Origin: Hypanus sabinus | Lineage: Eukaryota | Direction of reading: 5' to 3' | DNA length: 64,000 bases | Assembly (NCBI RefSeq): GCF_030144855.1 | Contig: NC_082721.1 | Coordinates: 20,956,001-21,020,000, forward strand | Part shown: in pieces, positions 48,051 to 61,754 of the stretch | Layout: each line of letters starts with the position of its first letter | Position numbering within the stretch: the stretch's first letter is position 1 | Notes under the pieces: generated by a model | Databases searched by the model: none | What the model saw: only the letters and a program-made list of their open reading frames with translations | What the model was told of the DNA's origin: nothing | Program-made: the position numbers and the translations under genes

Positions 48051-48954
48051 AGGGATTCACGATAACTGTTTAGCTTGTAAACTGAGACTATCTTACTGTC
48101 AGAAACTAAGCTCACCATTGATGAATTATCTGCATGCCCAGCCAACAGAAAGCTCACAATTAACCGAATACAACTTTGTGACAGGACATGTACCCAACTC
48201 TGCAAGAACTACTCGGACTAAAATAATCCTAATTGCTACTCTGTTCCATCAGTTGGTAACAGCACAACCCAATATGGTAAATAAATCGTGCAAACCCCTA
48301 AGACCTTGTGATCCCTCACTCTCTTGGTTGATTTAGCTGTGTGGGAAGAAATGCCATGGTGCCTCACCACTCCTGATTACTTCCCAGTGAATGTGTAGGA
48401 ACATGCCTACCCAGTGAGAGTTAGGTTATTTGTTTGGATTAAATTCTATCTGCCACTGAGCTTCTTAGCTATCAACTATTCCATCAGTTTCATGTCTGAC
48501 GTTCTCATCCAAAGCATTAATATATACTGTATAACAAACAATGGTCCCAGCACCAATCCCTGCAGGGTACCACTAGTCACCTGGAAAAGGTGCTTTCTCT
48601 ACAGGACATGATACGTAATTTCTCTGAAGTAAAGTGGGGAAAAATGTTCAGCCTATTATGGGCTAAATTTCACAACATAAAACCTGGTTCTGATTCTGAT
48701 GGTAAACTCGTACAACCTAATTTCCTGAAGCTCCAAATATAACCAAATCTGACTTCCACAGGCGTTGGAATTCCCACTGTCTTGACAAGCCTCTCCTCAT
48801 CAGGGGATCGGGTCAGTAGATTTAAATTCCTTGGCATTATCATATCAGAGGATCTGTCCTGGGACCAGCATGTAAGTACCATCACAAAGAAGGCACTGTA
48901 GATTTGTCATGTCATCTAAACCTTTGTCAAACCTCTATAGGTGCAGAGTGGACC

Positions 48955-49175
48955 ATATACCTTCTGCCACCATTGATGCTGCCCTCACCCACATCTCCTC
49001 CATGTCCCAGACATCCTCGTTCACCCCATCTTCCCACCACTTTAACAGTGATAGAGTTCCTCTAGTTCTTACCTACCACCCCATGAGCCTTCACATCCAA
49101 CACATCATTCTCTGCACCTTCCACCATCTCCAAAGGAATCCTACCAATAAACAAATCTTTACCTCACCCCCCTCC
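48955..49175 (+). mobile_element. PLE internal fragment
   Basis: DAALTHISS...DRVPLVLTYHP.SLHIQHIIL..FHHLQ..PT..QIF..PP, the PLE RT-to-endonuclease linker. Confidence 0.8.
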
Positions 49176-49209
49176 AGAAAACAGACAAGTTCACAAGTTC
49201 ATAAACAGT

Positions 49210-51061
49210 GAGTGCCAGGTGATAATAATCATAACTTAACGCAGAAATGGTTGACTATATGGAAAAATAGATGTGCTCGATTGCACAAGAGATAACTGCA
49301 TATTGTATACTGAGCAAATTGAGCAGTGTTTTGAAGCATATCTTTTCCTTTGAACACAGGTTGAATGCCCAATTGGTGCAATCTTTCATTGTTTCTATTA
49401 TGGTTTATTGAGTATGCCCACAAGAGAATGAATCTCGGTGTTGTATAAGGTGACATATATGTACTTTGATAATAAATTGACTTTGAACATTGAACAAATG
49501 AAATAGCCAATGAAAAGTGAGCAGCACTTGTACTCAGAAAATTTAAGCAGTGTGGATACCCCAAGGCCAAAGGATGTGTCACAGTTGTGGTCCTTTTAGG
49601 ATACGTCAGTGACTATATTAGGTTCCTGCTACAGCTGGCTACTGTAATCTATGCCTTGAATTCATTGCTACAGATTGGGAAGAAATGGCAATGGCAAAGC
49701 AGTATAAGGTGGCTTTCCAAAAGATAAATGAAATGGTGATGTCAGACATGGCACTTACACATTATGATCCATATTATTCAGTGAAGCTTGCCTGTGACAC
49801 CTCACATTATGGTACAGGTGATGTCATGTCACAGGTTCTGAGTGACGGAAGTGAATGCCTCATAGCTTTTACATCACATTCCCTTACCGCCACAGACAAA
49901 AATTACACACTGATTGACAGAGCGGCCTTAAGTTTGGTTTGGGTTGTAAAACATTTCAACCAGTACTTCTATGGGAGAGAGTGTACCCTTATTACTGATC
50001 ATCAACTACTGGTATCCATTTTCAATCCACAGAAAGGTGTTCCACTAATAACAACAACACAAATGGAGACATGGGCTTGGTTTCTTGGAGGAGAGAATTA
50101 CAAAATCGAAATCAGTGGACGACTAATCATGGAAGTGCTGATAGATCATCCCATTTACTATTGGAAAAAGGGAATACCTGAAAAATTTATACAAGAGAGC
50201 ACTCCTTTTGACACAGTCTCTCTAATGCAAATTGGAAGTCTCCCTGTTATGGCAGGGATGAGCCAAAGGGAAACCAGCAAAGTCCCCACACTGCCTCAGG
50301 TCTATATGGCAACTCAAACTAGCTGGAATGTGCAGCAGAAATCCCAGTTTCCCCCATTTATATCAGTGCCAGAATGAATTTGCCCTTGACAAATGTTGCT
50401 TTATGTGAGGATTGAGACTTGTTGTACGATCCAAGCTGAGAGTTAAAGTGTTGGAGGAGCTACTTGTTGGTCATCTAGGCGTGGTCAAAGTGAAAGTGTT
50501 GGCTCAGAGTTTTGTCTGAAGGCCTGGGATAGATCAACGCACTGAGCAGCTTTTCAGGATGCCAACATGTCCAGAAGAATGATGTCTATAGCTGTCAGAA
50601 ACACTTCCTGCAGCCCCAGGGTCAACTCCTACAAACAACATGGAGGAGGCCCCAGAACTTAAGACTGGTTCACAACCACAAGTCTCTCTTGCCAAGCAAA
50701 ATGATTACCCGCACCCCTGCCAGGAAAGACATTATCCTATAAGAAAGACATCATCCAACAAATCCTCTACAACGGTTGAGGTGCATTCTATATTGGGTTG
50801 GAGTTTAAGGCTAAGCAAGGAGAAGTGTTGAATATTTAATATTTGAGTTAATATTACAAATATATTGTTTGATTAAGCATTCATTGTTTACATAATAAAT
50901 TGCTGGTTATATGTAAAAGGACGTGAATGGCATACGTCATCACACCATCATGTCATATGTGCACACCTTGCTTAAAGTAAAAACGAAATTAAGGCAGGTT
51001 ATTCCCAGCTGCGTGTTTTTGATTTCAATTAGCTTTATGTTTTGGAATTCAAGACATAACA
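49210..51061 (+). mobile_element. Internally deleted Ty3/Gypsy LTR retrotransposon with 3' LTR (50826-51061)
   Basis: gag start (..YTEQIEQCFEA|NEIANEK); RNase H LTHYDP..LACDTSHYG..ITDHQLL; integrase zinc-binding remnant GHLGVVKVK; PPT aaggagaag directly before TGTT...AACA (236 bp). Confidence 0.88.
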
Positions 51062-53119
51062 GTTGTATCATGGCCTGGTGTGGAAACAGCAATGCCCAGG
51101 AATGGAAAGTGGTGGATACAGCCCAGAATATCACAGGCAAAGCCCTTCCCAACATTGAACACATTTCCAAGGAGCAGCCACAGGAAATCAGCATCCATCA
51201 TCAAGGACCACATTCATGTAGGCCATGCTCTCTTCATGCAGGAGGTACAGGAGCCTTAGGTTCCATACCACTAAGTTCAGACAGAGTTAATACCCTACAG
51301 CCATCAGACTCCTGAACCAGCATGGATAACTTCACTCACCTCAATGATAAACTGACTCCATAACTGATAGTCTCACTTTCAAGGACTCTGTATGTTTATT
51401 TACTTTTTATTATTTGCACAATTTGCCTTTTTTTGCACATTGGTTGTTTGTCAGTCTCTGTTATTTACAGATGTTTGTTAATTCTATTGTACTTCTTTAT
51501 TTCCTTGTAAATGCTTGCAAGAAACCAAATCTCAAGGTAGTATGTCATGACATATATGTACTTCAATAATAAATTTTCTTTAAACTTTGAAATTTGGTTT
51601 TGAGCTTTGCTTGTTGTACCAGCCTTTTCTACTCAATGCTTAAAGTTTCAGACTGTTTCTGAAATACTTTTTCATCAGAAACCACAAGTCACTGATCCCA
51701 AACTGCTGTCGGCCCAGTGCCAAGCTAATTGATTTCTGAGGACAAGCCATTAAAATCAAATCTTCACTTGTTTTCTCTCCTGCCCTCCACACTTACTTTG
51801 CATCTTAGTGTCTGTTTATTTCTAACTTTTCTGAGGAAATGAAATGTTCCCTGTGTTTTTCTCTCTCCACACAGTCTGCTTTTATTTTTGATGTCCAGCA
51901 TTTGCTGAGACTTATTTCTCTAATGGACTGTGCGTGTATTTCTCTAATGGACAGCAGTCTGGATAACTACTTCCTGTTTGAAAACCTGCAAAACAAGTCA
52001 TAATTCCCTGAACTTTGTTAGTGATGGATTTAGTTCACTTTCTGCCTTGATGCCTTGGCCAGCTGATGTTGGCAAGTTCAAACCACTCCAATGTCCAGTG
52101 TTAAAGATGCTGTTCCAAAACTGTAGGGAGAGAGGGAGATAGAATGGAATTGTTTGGACAGGAAAGAGACACTCCTGCCATAGTCCAGTATGAATCACTC
52201 ATATCCACTCCTTGTTCCTTTAACTGAAGAGAGTTAGCTTTGGAGAATTACTAAAAAGTATTTGAGAACTTGGAGTTTAATTTAATCAACGCTGTTCTGT
52301 GTAATCCTGGAAGAATCAGAATCAGGTTTTTCTATCTCTAACATACACTATATTGTGAAATCTGTTGTTTGTAGCAGTAGTAGAATGCAGTACATAAAAA
52401 TTGCTGTGTTACAAGAAGAAATTTATTTAAAAAATAAAGAAATAGTGAAAAAAGGGAGCAAAATGGTGAGGTGGTGTTCGTAGGTCGTGGACTGTTCAGA
52501 AATCTGAAGGGGAAGATGAAAAACCGTTTCTAAAATGCTGAGTTTGTGTCATCAGACTCTTGTACATCCACCCTGATGGTAGTAATGAGAAGAATTATCA
52601 CTGGGGCCTTTCTTAGTGGTCACATTTTAAAGAAGGAAATGCCTGAATGAGTCAATAAGATGGTGAGGGGAATAATGTCATGAAACCTTCAAGTTTATGT
52701 GGAACATGCATTGGCACACAGAGACCTCCTCCTCATCCATCCTTCTCCCCTCCGCTCCCCTCCCCTTAAATGCCTCAACACCTCTACAAACATACATACC
52801 AAAAATCTCAGAGAAAGTTATTTTACTTTCGTGACTAGATTATGGATGTTTCTGTGAACAGTAGAGATGTAGATAAGGAAGGTTTAATGCAAATCATTAG
52901 TTCACTGACATCTTGGTTGAGATAGCACAGTTCCAAAATCTTGTTTGATGTTGATCTCTTGGGCTTCTCTAGAATTAAACTCAAACTAGTTGTGTTTCAA
53001 CTGAGCTCTGGGAATAATCTACAAAACCAGGAAATGATCAATTAGAAACATTTTCTTTGTGATATGAAAGTTGCACACAGTTCCCTGCTGACCTAATCTA
53101 TGCTACATAAATGTAGCCC

Positions 53120-54110
53120 AAAAGCAGAAAACTGTAGATGCTGAAAATATGAAAATCTAAAAATAAAGAAAATGCTGGAAATATTCAGTAGGTCAGGCAA
53201 TATCTAGGAAAAGAGAAACAAAATTAGCTTTTCAGCTCAATGACGTGGCCATGGGACTGGGAGAATATGAAAATAAGCATGGTTAATTTTGCAGAGAAAT
53301 GGAGGGTAGGGGATAGGGAGAGAGGAGTGATATATGAGATGGGGCGGAACACAAAGGGAAGGTAAGTGACACAGGTTGGTGGTGGCTAGAAGAGGCTGCT
53401 TAATAGCAGCTAAACTTTCTGAAGAAGATAGAAACAGAAGGAGGACAGAGGTTAGGAAGAAAACATTGACGTTCATGACACAGCAGTTGCTGGAAATCTA
53501 AAATGAAAGAGAACATTGGCAACTCATCAGGCCAGACAGCATCTGTGGAGAGAGGAGAGCTGAGTTACATCAGAACTGACTGCGAATAGAAGTAGAAAAT
53601 GCTGGAAACACTCAGCAAGCCAGGCATCTTCCAGAAAGGCAGAGTCACCCCAGGCCAGCAAGCCCCTCCTGCCATGAGAAATCAGCCTGAAATGCCTACA
53701 CTGCATAATTCCACTGTCTCCCCCGCCATCTCAGTTGCCATTCAGTCCACTGAGCACTCTCATTCACAGACAACTTGTGAATTCATTGTCAGAACCAACC
53801 TCTTCTGTCACAAACTGGAAAAGCTAGTTATCTGAAGTTGCTGAATTCAGTGATTAGGTCTGAGGGCTGAAACATGCCAAAACAAAGATCCTCCTCAAGC
53901 CTACAATGGGTTTCATAGGAACAGTGTAAGAGGCCGAAAACAAAGTTCAGTGTGAGAAATGCATGAGGATTAAAAGTTATAGGCAACTGGAGACTGAACA
54001 TAGACTGAAAGGAGGTTTGAAAAGAAACTCAGCATTTCCTCTCCCCAGTGTAGGTGTGACAAAATCACAAACACTGAATAGAATCTATTAAATTGAAATA
54101 AATGGGAGTG
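53120..54110 (-). mobile_element. Old, decayed PLE 3' region
   Basis: Minus strand GMFQPSDLITEFSNFR (GIY-YIG C-terminus) at ~53830-53890, with repeated aatgctggaaa..ctcagc termini at 53130-53640. Confidence 0.6.
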
Positions 54111-56714
54111 TAATGTAGCTTCAGTTTCAGATTTATTATCACTGACTTATATAATATGAAGTTTCATATTTTGTGGCAGCAGTGATGCGCAAAGACATAA
54201 AATGACCATAGATTACAAAAGTGAATAAATAGTACAAAAGTAAGAATAATTGGATCATGTTCATGGTTTCATCTGGAAGATGTGCAATAGTCTTTGCTTT
54301 CAGTAAGTGACTTGTTTTAAAACTTTTGAATATTTTTTGCATGTTTATATCTATTTGATTTGAATTGAAGTGAAAAGCCTGAAAGCACACGCCAGCAGGC
54401 TCAAAGGCAGACTGATTCCCTAATATGATAAAATGGACTCTACCTTGTTATGAGCTTGCACATTATTGTTTACCTGTTTTGCACTTTCTCTGTGGCTCTA
54501 ACATGTTATTCTGTAGCCATTGTTTTAACTCGTTCAATCTACCTCAATGTACCTGATCTGTATGAACAGTACAAAAGACAAGCTTTTCACTGTACCTCGG
54601 TACATGTGACAAGGATAAACCAATTCCAGTTCCAATTGTTCTAAAATTCCCTTTTCTGATGACTGCACCTCTGGATCTGCCACGTGAGGCTACGCTGGTG
54701 CTCTTGAATCTCTCTGCTGCACTGATTAGCTGTGCCAGTGAGGCTCTGACTCGAAGTTTAACTCGGTAGGGAGGGATCTAAAAGGGTGAACTCGGTCTGC
54801 AGGCTGGGCCAGGATCGATTAGGAAGTGCCCGGAGTCATCCATTTGGTCTCTTTGTTCTTTGTTCTAATTTTCAATAATTTCATCTTTACCTCAGGGCCA
54901 CCTTCTTATATGAATCCCATCTCTCTTGATTCCCATAATGTCCAAATGAGAATTATCCAGCCAATTACATCCAGTAGTGAATCGTGAATTCTGGAAAACA
55001 TTGCCCTGAACTTCGTAATCAGTCTATTTAAACAGAAGAAGCTAAAGGAGCACAGAGAAGTAGAATGATCATGAAAATGCATTTGCAGTCTAAGTTATAG
55101 TCTAGATAGAATTAAGATGAAAAACGTACATTTGGAAAATAGCTAACAGAAGTGTTGGACACAGTGAAATGGTTCTGGTTAGGTAACTGTATGAACCAGC
55201 GCTGTATGGTAGACATGGAAATCAGTGACGAAATGTATCAAAGGTTATGACTACATTAAGTCAGTCATGGAGCTCTTTCCCCATGCGCATGGGTATAGAG
55301 AATGTGTGTCTTGAGCTGAGATTGTGTTGATTCTTATTTAGCACTGTCCACTGAGTTCAACTACTCCCTTCTCAGTTGCAAGCAAAGACGGTAGATCAAT
55401 AGAAGAACTGATGTGGAGCATGTCCTTATCCATGTGGAATCTCACGTCCACAGTAAACTATACTGGAATAGTTACTGAGAAAGTGCAGTGCAGGTAACCA
55501 ATAAAGTTCATATTGAGGTTCAAAGTTCGAGTTTATTGTCAAAGTACATGTATGTCACCATAAACAATCCTGAGATAACTATGTAACTTTTCCATAATTT
55601 ATTAGAATGTATATTTTTGTTACAAGAGTTTGCATTGCATATGACTGGAAATGCATTTATGAGAACAATATTGGCTATGGCTACTGTCTTTGTTTTACAA
55701 TTTAATAGATGCAAGTATACTTTTACAATCAATTATACTTGCATAAAAATCACTGAAATTATGTTGCTGAGGTTATGAGTGAATGGAGCTTGTTGACACA
55801 CAGTAGTTAATTGCAATTTTACCTAAGGAAACCTGGATCTGTGTAGAACAGTGAAATGAAAGGAAACGACGGGGTTTGGATAAAGTGGGAGAAAGCTTGT
55901 GTGGGCTATTTAAACTCTAGCACAGAGCGGATCTGGGGAATGGACCACTGCTGTGCTGTAACCTTGGTGTCTGAGTCAGCAGAGGGCTGATCCTAGTGTT
56001 TTCTAAATTCTTGGGCTGTTAGGTTCTGAGAGGTTATATCTGATACCATATTGCCATTAGTGATTCTCACCCCTTATGACTGCAGTTTAACATTAAATTC
56101 TGGATAGTTGTGCACTAGAAAATGGCGCTCAGCTGGAACCAGACTGCAGTTTGACACCCAGTTTACGATGCTTCTTCTGTCGGAATGAGTTAGAAATCAG
56201 CAGGTTCCAAAGCAGCTTCAGAGTGTGGCCAACTCCTTCGGAGTTGCCACCATTCTAAACTATTACCTTCAGAGGCAAAAGAACAGAAGGATAAAGAGAT
56301 TTCAGAAGATACTGAGGTCATTAGGTTTGTCCAAGTGCTCATAAGCAGAGGCAGCTAATTGGTCTGTCTCTATGCTGGAATTTCTGTGTGAAAAGAATAC
56401 GTACGCAAATCTTTTCTTTAAGAAACACGAGTGCATCATTTTTGAGTTAACCAACATCCGTTTTGGGCCCTTTCCCAAAAACGAGATCTCATACAATGGT
56501 TCTCAGAGGCATTGGCTGTCAGGGGTTTTATAACCACAAGCACATCCCCGCAGTGAAACCTTGTTCCAAACCACTAAGTTTCTCCAAAGCAACCATGATT
56601 TCCTCATCTTACTCTCTAAATCTTCCTGGCAATGCTCATTGGGGATTGAGTCAGAGCTCTGTCTCAGGCAGACAAGCAGCTATTCACTGTGGTTTGCAGA
56701 TAATACTTCTAGTG

Positions 56715-57085
56715 TCCTATACTCGCTGAAGTTTAGAAGAATGAGGGGGCTCTCATTGAAACCTACTGAATATTGAAAGGCCTTAAAAATGTGGATGTGT
56801 AGAAGGTGCTTCCTATAGTCTAGGAGCAGAGGGCATAGCTTCAGAATAGATCGATGCCCATTTAGATCAGACTTGAGAAGGAATTTCTTTAGCCCGAGGG
56901 TGGAATACATTGCTACATTTGGCTGTGAAGGCCAAGTCAAGGCCAAGTTTAAGTCGAGTTGGTAGGTTTGTGGTTAGGCAGAGTATCAAAGTTTATGAGG
57001 ACAAGGCAGGAGATGAGGGTATAGAATGCCAGAGTAGACTCAATGGGCCAAGAGGACAGATTCTGCCCCAGTGTCTTATGGTCTT
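56715..57085 (+). mobile_element. CR1 3' fragment
   Basis: LYSLKFRRMRG, gaatttctttagcc, CR1-type tail. Confidence 0.8.
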
Positions 57086-57087
57086 CT

Positions 57088-57530
57088 GCTGGTGTAGCCA
57101 TCCGCTTCAAGGTTCAATGTGTTGTGGGTTCGGAAATGCTCTTCTGCACACCACTGCTTTACACATAGTTAGTTGAGTTACTGTCACCTTCCTGTCAGCT
57201 TGAACCGATATGGCTAACCTCAACTGTCTTCTCTCATTAACAAAGCATTTTTACTCACAGAACTGCCACACACTGGATGTTTTTCTTCTTTGTCTATCAC
57301 ACCATTCTCTCCAAACTCTGGAGACTATTGTGTGTGAAAATCCCAGGAGATCAGCAGTTTCTGAGATACTCAAACCATTCTATTTGGTTCCATGGTCATT
57401 TCTTCCCAGATCTGAATTTTGGTATGAACAACAAATTAACCTCTTGACCATGTCTGTATGCTTTTATGCATTGAGCTACTGTCACTTTATTGGCTGAGTA
57501 GATATTTACGTTAACGATGTGTACAGGTGT
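57088..57530 (-). mobile_element. Tc1-like non-autonomous transposon fragment
   Basis: Reverse complement of the 17065-17592 family (agttgagttactgtcaccttcctgtcagcttgaacc; cccaggagatcagcagtttctgagatactcaaacc). Confidence 0.85.
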
Positions 57531-58324
57531 CCATTACACTAAGGTAGCTACAAGCTGGCATCTGAGGCAAATCAAAGGCCACAAGCTCCAGTGCTTTGGG
57601 AATTTCTGCTGATAGGAGAAGTGAACTTCAGAATGGACAATAGCCTGGACAAAACATGTACAGGGTTTATAAATATTCTATCATACTGTTGTCTCACATT
57701 CCAACCAACCTCTCTCCATTAAACTTATGAAAAGTAAATAAACTAGTCCAAGAAACATAAACATTTATGGCCCCAAAGGAAGCCATTTAGTCCTTTGTTT
57801 CCATCACAGTCAAAGATGGACTTTAGATTAATCACATTTCTGACTTTAGATCCACTACCATGCAAGATGTCTCCTCAAGTGATCATCCGGGTATTTAAAT
57901 CTGGTGAGCAGTTTGTCTTATATTCCTGATGACACAGGAGGCCACTCTGTGCCAGCATTCTGCAAACCCCATTCTCTTACTTACTCCCCTGTAATTTAAT
58001 CTCTTACCGATTCCTTTGTATACCCTCTTGGTTCTTTCACCAGCCACATATAACCTTCTGAATTTTTCACCGGCCATATGTTAACTTCCTGGTCCTTTCT
58101 ATACCCTCTTGATTCACTAGCCATATATGCCTTCCTCATTCATGAAACATTTATGCCCTGCTGATTCACCAGCCGTATATATTCACTACAGCAGCCAATT
58201 AATTGAGTGGCTGACACAGCTGAGTTGCGGGGAAACACCTAGGTAGAATGTGCAAACTCCACACAGACAGTGCCAGAGTTTAGAATTGTACTTGATCTCT
58301 GTGGCTATGAAACAGTTGCACTAT

Positions 58325-59010
58325 TTTATTTTATTTTATTTAGAGATGCAGCAGGGTAACAGGCCCTTCCAGCCCAACAAGCTTGAACAGTCTAATTACA
58401 TCCATGTAATCAATTAATCTACTGACCTATACATCCTTGGAATAGGGGAGGAAACCAGAGCACCTGGAGGAAACCTATGCAATCAAGAGGAGAACGTACA
58501 AACTCCTTACTGACAGTGGCCGGAATTGAAACCAGGTCACTGTCACTGTGACAACATTACACTAACTGCTATCCTACCAAGCCACCCCTAAATACTATTG
58601 TGCCATCTGCTCTTCTGCCTCCATTATCCTATATCAATCTCGACTACTCATTGCGTATCTTTTTCTTTTTTTCTCTCAATTCCCCTCAAAATTTTTATAC
58701 AAGTTAACTTAAATGCTGGCTGCTGGCTGCTGGTTGCAAGATCACATTGTTGGCAGTAGGTTCTTGTTGCACATTGGTTGACATATCAGACTAACTCACT
58801 GGAAATTTGTGGAATTCATCGCTGCAGGTGGCTGTGGAGGCCAAATCATCAGGTATATTTAAAAAGATGGTTCATAGGTTCTTCATTAGTAAGGATGTCA
58901 AAGGTTATGGGTAAAAGGCGGGGGAGGATAATAAATCAGCCACGATGGAATGGTGGAGCAGATGTGAGCTGGATAGCCTAATTCTGCTCCTATGCCTTAT
59001 CGTCTTATGG
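58325..59010. mobile_element. V-SINE (- 58325-58590) and CR1 tail (+ 58795-59010)
   Basis: gaggaaaccagagcacctggaggaaacc; gctgtggaggccaa...cctaattctgctcctatg. Confidence 0.7.
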
Positions 59011-59813
59011 AAATGAAGCATCTGGAGATGCTTCTCAATGAATTAAAGTTCCACAGCAGCAAGCTGTCCTGCAACAACATACCACTGTCAATCCCAGAGG
59101 GAGCTGAGTGATTCTGAGTGCAAACTGAAATTCATTACTTTGGCACATCATTGCCACATTTGGTCTGATGCATACAGGCTGAAACCTCCTGGATAGGCAT
59201 TGCAGATTTTTGGCTTACCGTAATGGGAAAATTATCCCAACTATGAAGGAAATTGGTCTGCCAAAAAAAAATTTCCCTTGTTCAATAGAGAAATGATTTA
59301 TATCCTGTACATGCTAAATGATGATCAGCTACTTTTTTAAAAAAACAAGACTTTATTAAAGCATTTTGCCTTTGAGAACGGTTCAGGCTGAATTTTGTGC
59401 TGTTTTATTTCCTTGACACATTTGGACCTCTCTCATCAGAAGCTGTCACCTTTTCCCATGACTATGTCTCCCTACCACAGCGAGAGAGAGATCACCAAAC
59501 ATCTGCTTCCTGATGACACTGTCAGCACACAAACACACTTCCCATGGACAAATGCTTGATGAATAATGGTGCATCACAGTTCAAGAAAGGCTTCAGAAAC
59601 CTATCCACGTCGTCCAAAAAAAGTGCAGTGATAAGCTCTCTCCAGGACAATAACGACTAAATTCATTAGGCTGATTAATCTGATGTAATCTTCTGCTGGT
59701 GGTTCTGTTGAGAAACTGGAGAGAAGCTGACAATCGGTTCCTAGAACAACTAACCTTCTATCTGCCTGAGTTCACTAAGGGTTGAATTAATATTAATATT
59801 TTGCCTCGGGGAC

Positions 59814-59905
59814 GTCCTGATGAGGAGTCTCAACCCAAAACGTCAACTGTTCATTTCTGTCTGTAAATGCTGCCTGACCTGTTGAGTTCCTCCAACATTT
59901 TGCTT
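59814..59905 (+). mobile_element. PLE terminus with inactivated hammerhead
   Basis: gtcCTGATGAggagtctcaacccAAAAcgtcaac: the GAAA box is mutated to AAAA. Confidence 0.75.
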
Positions 59906-60817
59906 TTGTTTATCTTAACTCAGGGAGTGGTTTGCACTTCCCATAGCTTGATGTCATTTATATGATCTTTTGAGTAAAAAGGCAAATGGTCTCACTTTAA
60001 TTGTAAAGCTATTTTTAATTAAAAGTATTATTGTTTGGTTAGCAAACGAAGACCATCCAAACGCTTTCATTGTTTATGACATTTTAGTGCCATTCAAAAG
60101 CCTTTGACAACGGCGAGCTGTCAAAGAAACCTCGGCCTGTCAAGTGGTGTGGGCGGGCCATGGCTCATGATCCACTGCCTGACGGACCAGGCACCCGTGC
60201 TGATGTCGATTAGCTGCAGCTTGCAGGATGATGCCCGGATTTGGAGAGTCAACAACATCTCCAGGTCGTCGGTAAACCACAGATGGTAAACTGTCACTGA
60301 TCAGATTTCTTTACCATGTTTTGAAGGCGTTGCTAAAAATAGCCAAGCATCTAAGAATCCTTGCCTCTCAGTTTGCTCCTCCCCCAATTCATAACTCTGA
60401 GAAAACAAATTTCTCCTCAATTCAGACAACCCCTTACCCTGAGACCCTGCCTCAGGTGTCCAGATTACCCTGGCAAGGAAAACATTAAACAACATCTAAA
60501 ATGTTGGATCCCATGATCATCTATAAAACACATCTTCACAATAACCAACAGTATTTAAACAATTGAAGTCGTTCGATCTATCAATTAAAGTTTCAAGACC
60601 CACCCAAGCAAACTGGAAAATCTGTGCCACAAGTAGAATCATATTAAGTAGTCTAGCATTCAATGAATTGAACATTTTGTTCAGCTATTTAAAAGAATAC
60701 ATAGGAGTCAAGCCGGTCACTGAGTCTCATGTCGTCTAGGGTGGATTAAAAATGGCAGATTTCCTTCCCTGTCACGTTGGTGAACTAGATCAGGTTTTAT
60801 TACAATTGGTAGCTTCC

Positions 60818-61344
60818 ATTTTATTAGGTGTACCTGCTCAGTAATGCAAATATCTAATCAGCCAATTATTTGGCAGCAACCCAATGCATAAAAGCATGCA
60901 GATGTGGTCAAGAGGTTCAGTAGCTGTTCAGACCAGACATCAGAATGGGTAAGACATGTGATCTAAATGACTTTGACCATGGAATTATCATTGGTGGCAA
61001 ATAGTTTGAGTATCTCAGAAACTGCTGATCTATGGTTTTCGTGCACAACACTCTACGGAGTTTACAGAGGATGGTACAAGAAAAAACAAAAAGCATCCAA
61101 TGAGCAGCAGTTCTCTGGGCAAAAACGTCTTGTTAATGAAAGAGGTCAAAGGAGAATACCTAGACTAGTTCAAGCAGACAGGAAGGCAACAATAACTCAA
61201 ATCACCACGTGTTACACTGGTGGTGTGCAGAAGAGCGTCTCTGAACACATAACATGTCGATCAGCTGTGGAAGACCATAAACATATAGTCAGTGGCAACA
61301 TTATTAGTTACAGGATGTATGTGACAAAATGGCTACCAAATGTA
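60818..61344 (+). mobile_element. Tc1-like non-autonomous transposon
   Basis: LSISETADLWFSCTT...GQKRLVNERGQRRIPRLVQADRKATITQITT; degenerate double-TIR right end. Confidence 0.88.
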
Positions 61345-61754
61345 TGTTGTCGTTGTTAATGCTAATTTTTTCATCCCAGATTTATGGAATTAAGTGAATT
61401 AAAATTGACCGGCTGTCATGAAGGGTCCTCACCTCATTGAGATGAATTATCTGTCAAGGTCTCTGGATTATTAATCATTATATTATCATGACTCTTTCAT
61501 TGCAAAATAGAATATTTTCAACATTAAAGGAGACCATTTTATCTTTTATATCCATGTCAGTTGAAAAGAAATTACTCACACTAATCTCTCCATTCAGCAC
61601 TAGATCTATAGCCCTATAGCGTCTTCACATACACATCCAAGTACATTTTAAAAGTAAAGATGGCTTCAGCCTCCGCCATCCTTCGAGTGCGTAATACCGT
61701 GATTTTTTTTTTCTTTTTCACTTCTCCAGCAGATTTTCATAAATGACCTGAATG

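Larger units (their letters stand above)
48760..51590 (+). mobile_element. Rex1 host split by nested insertions (host pieces 48760-48952 and 51062-51590)
   Basis: FKFLGIIISEDLSW...LSNLYRC | CIMAWCGNSNAQE..., then the (TTTGAA) tail. Confidence 0.75.

Noticed and set aside
49685-50377. 230-aa ORF as a domesticated gene
   Set aside because: Gypsy RNase H with degenerate motifs, inside a deleted element with PPT and LTR.
56224-56250. Small hairpin gtggccaactcc-ttc-ggagttgccac
   Set aside because: Too short for a pre-miRNA; plausible by chance.
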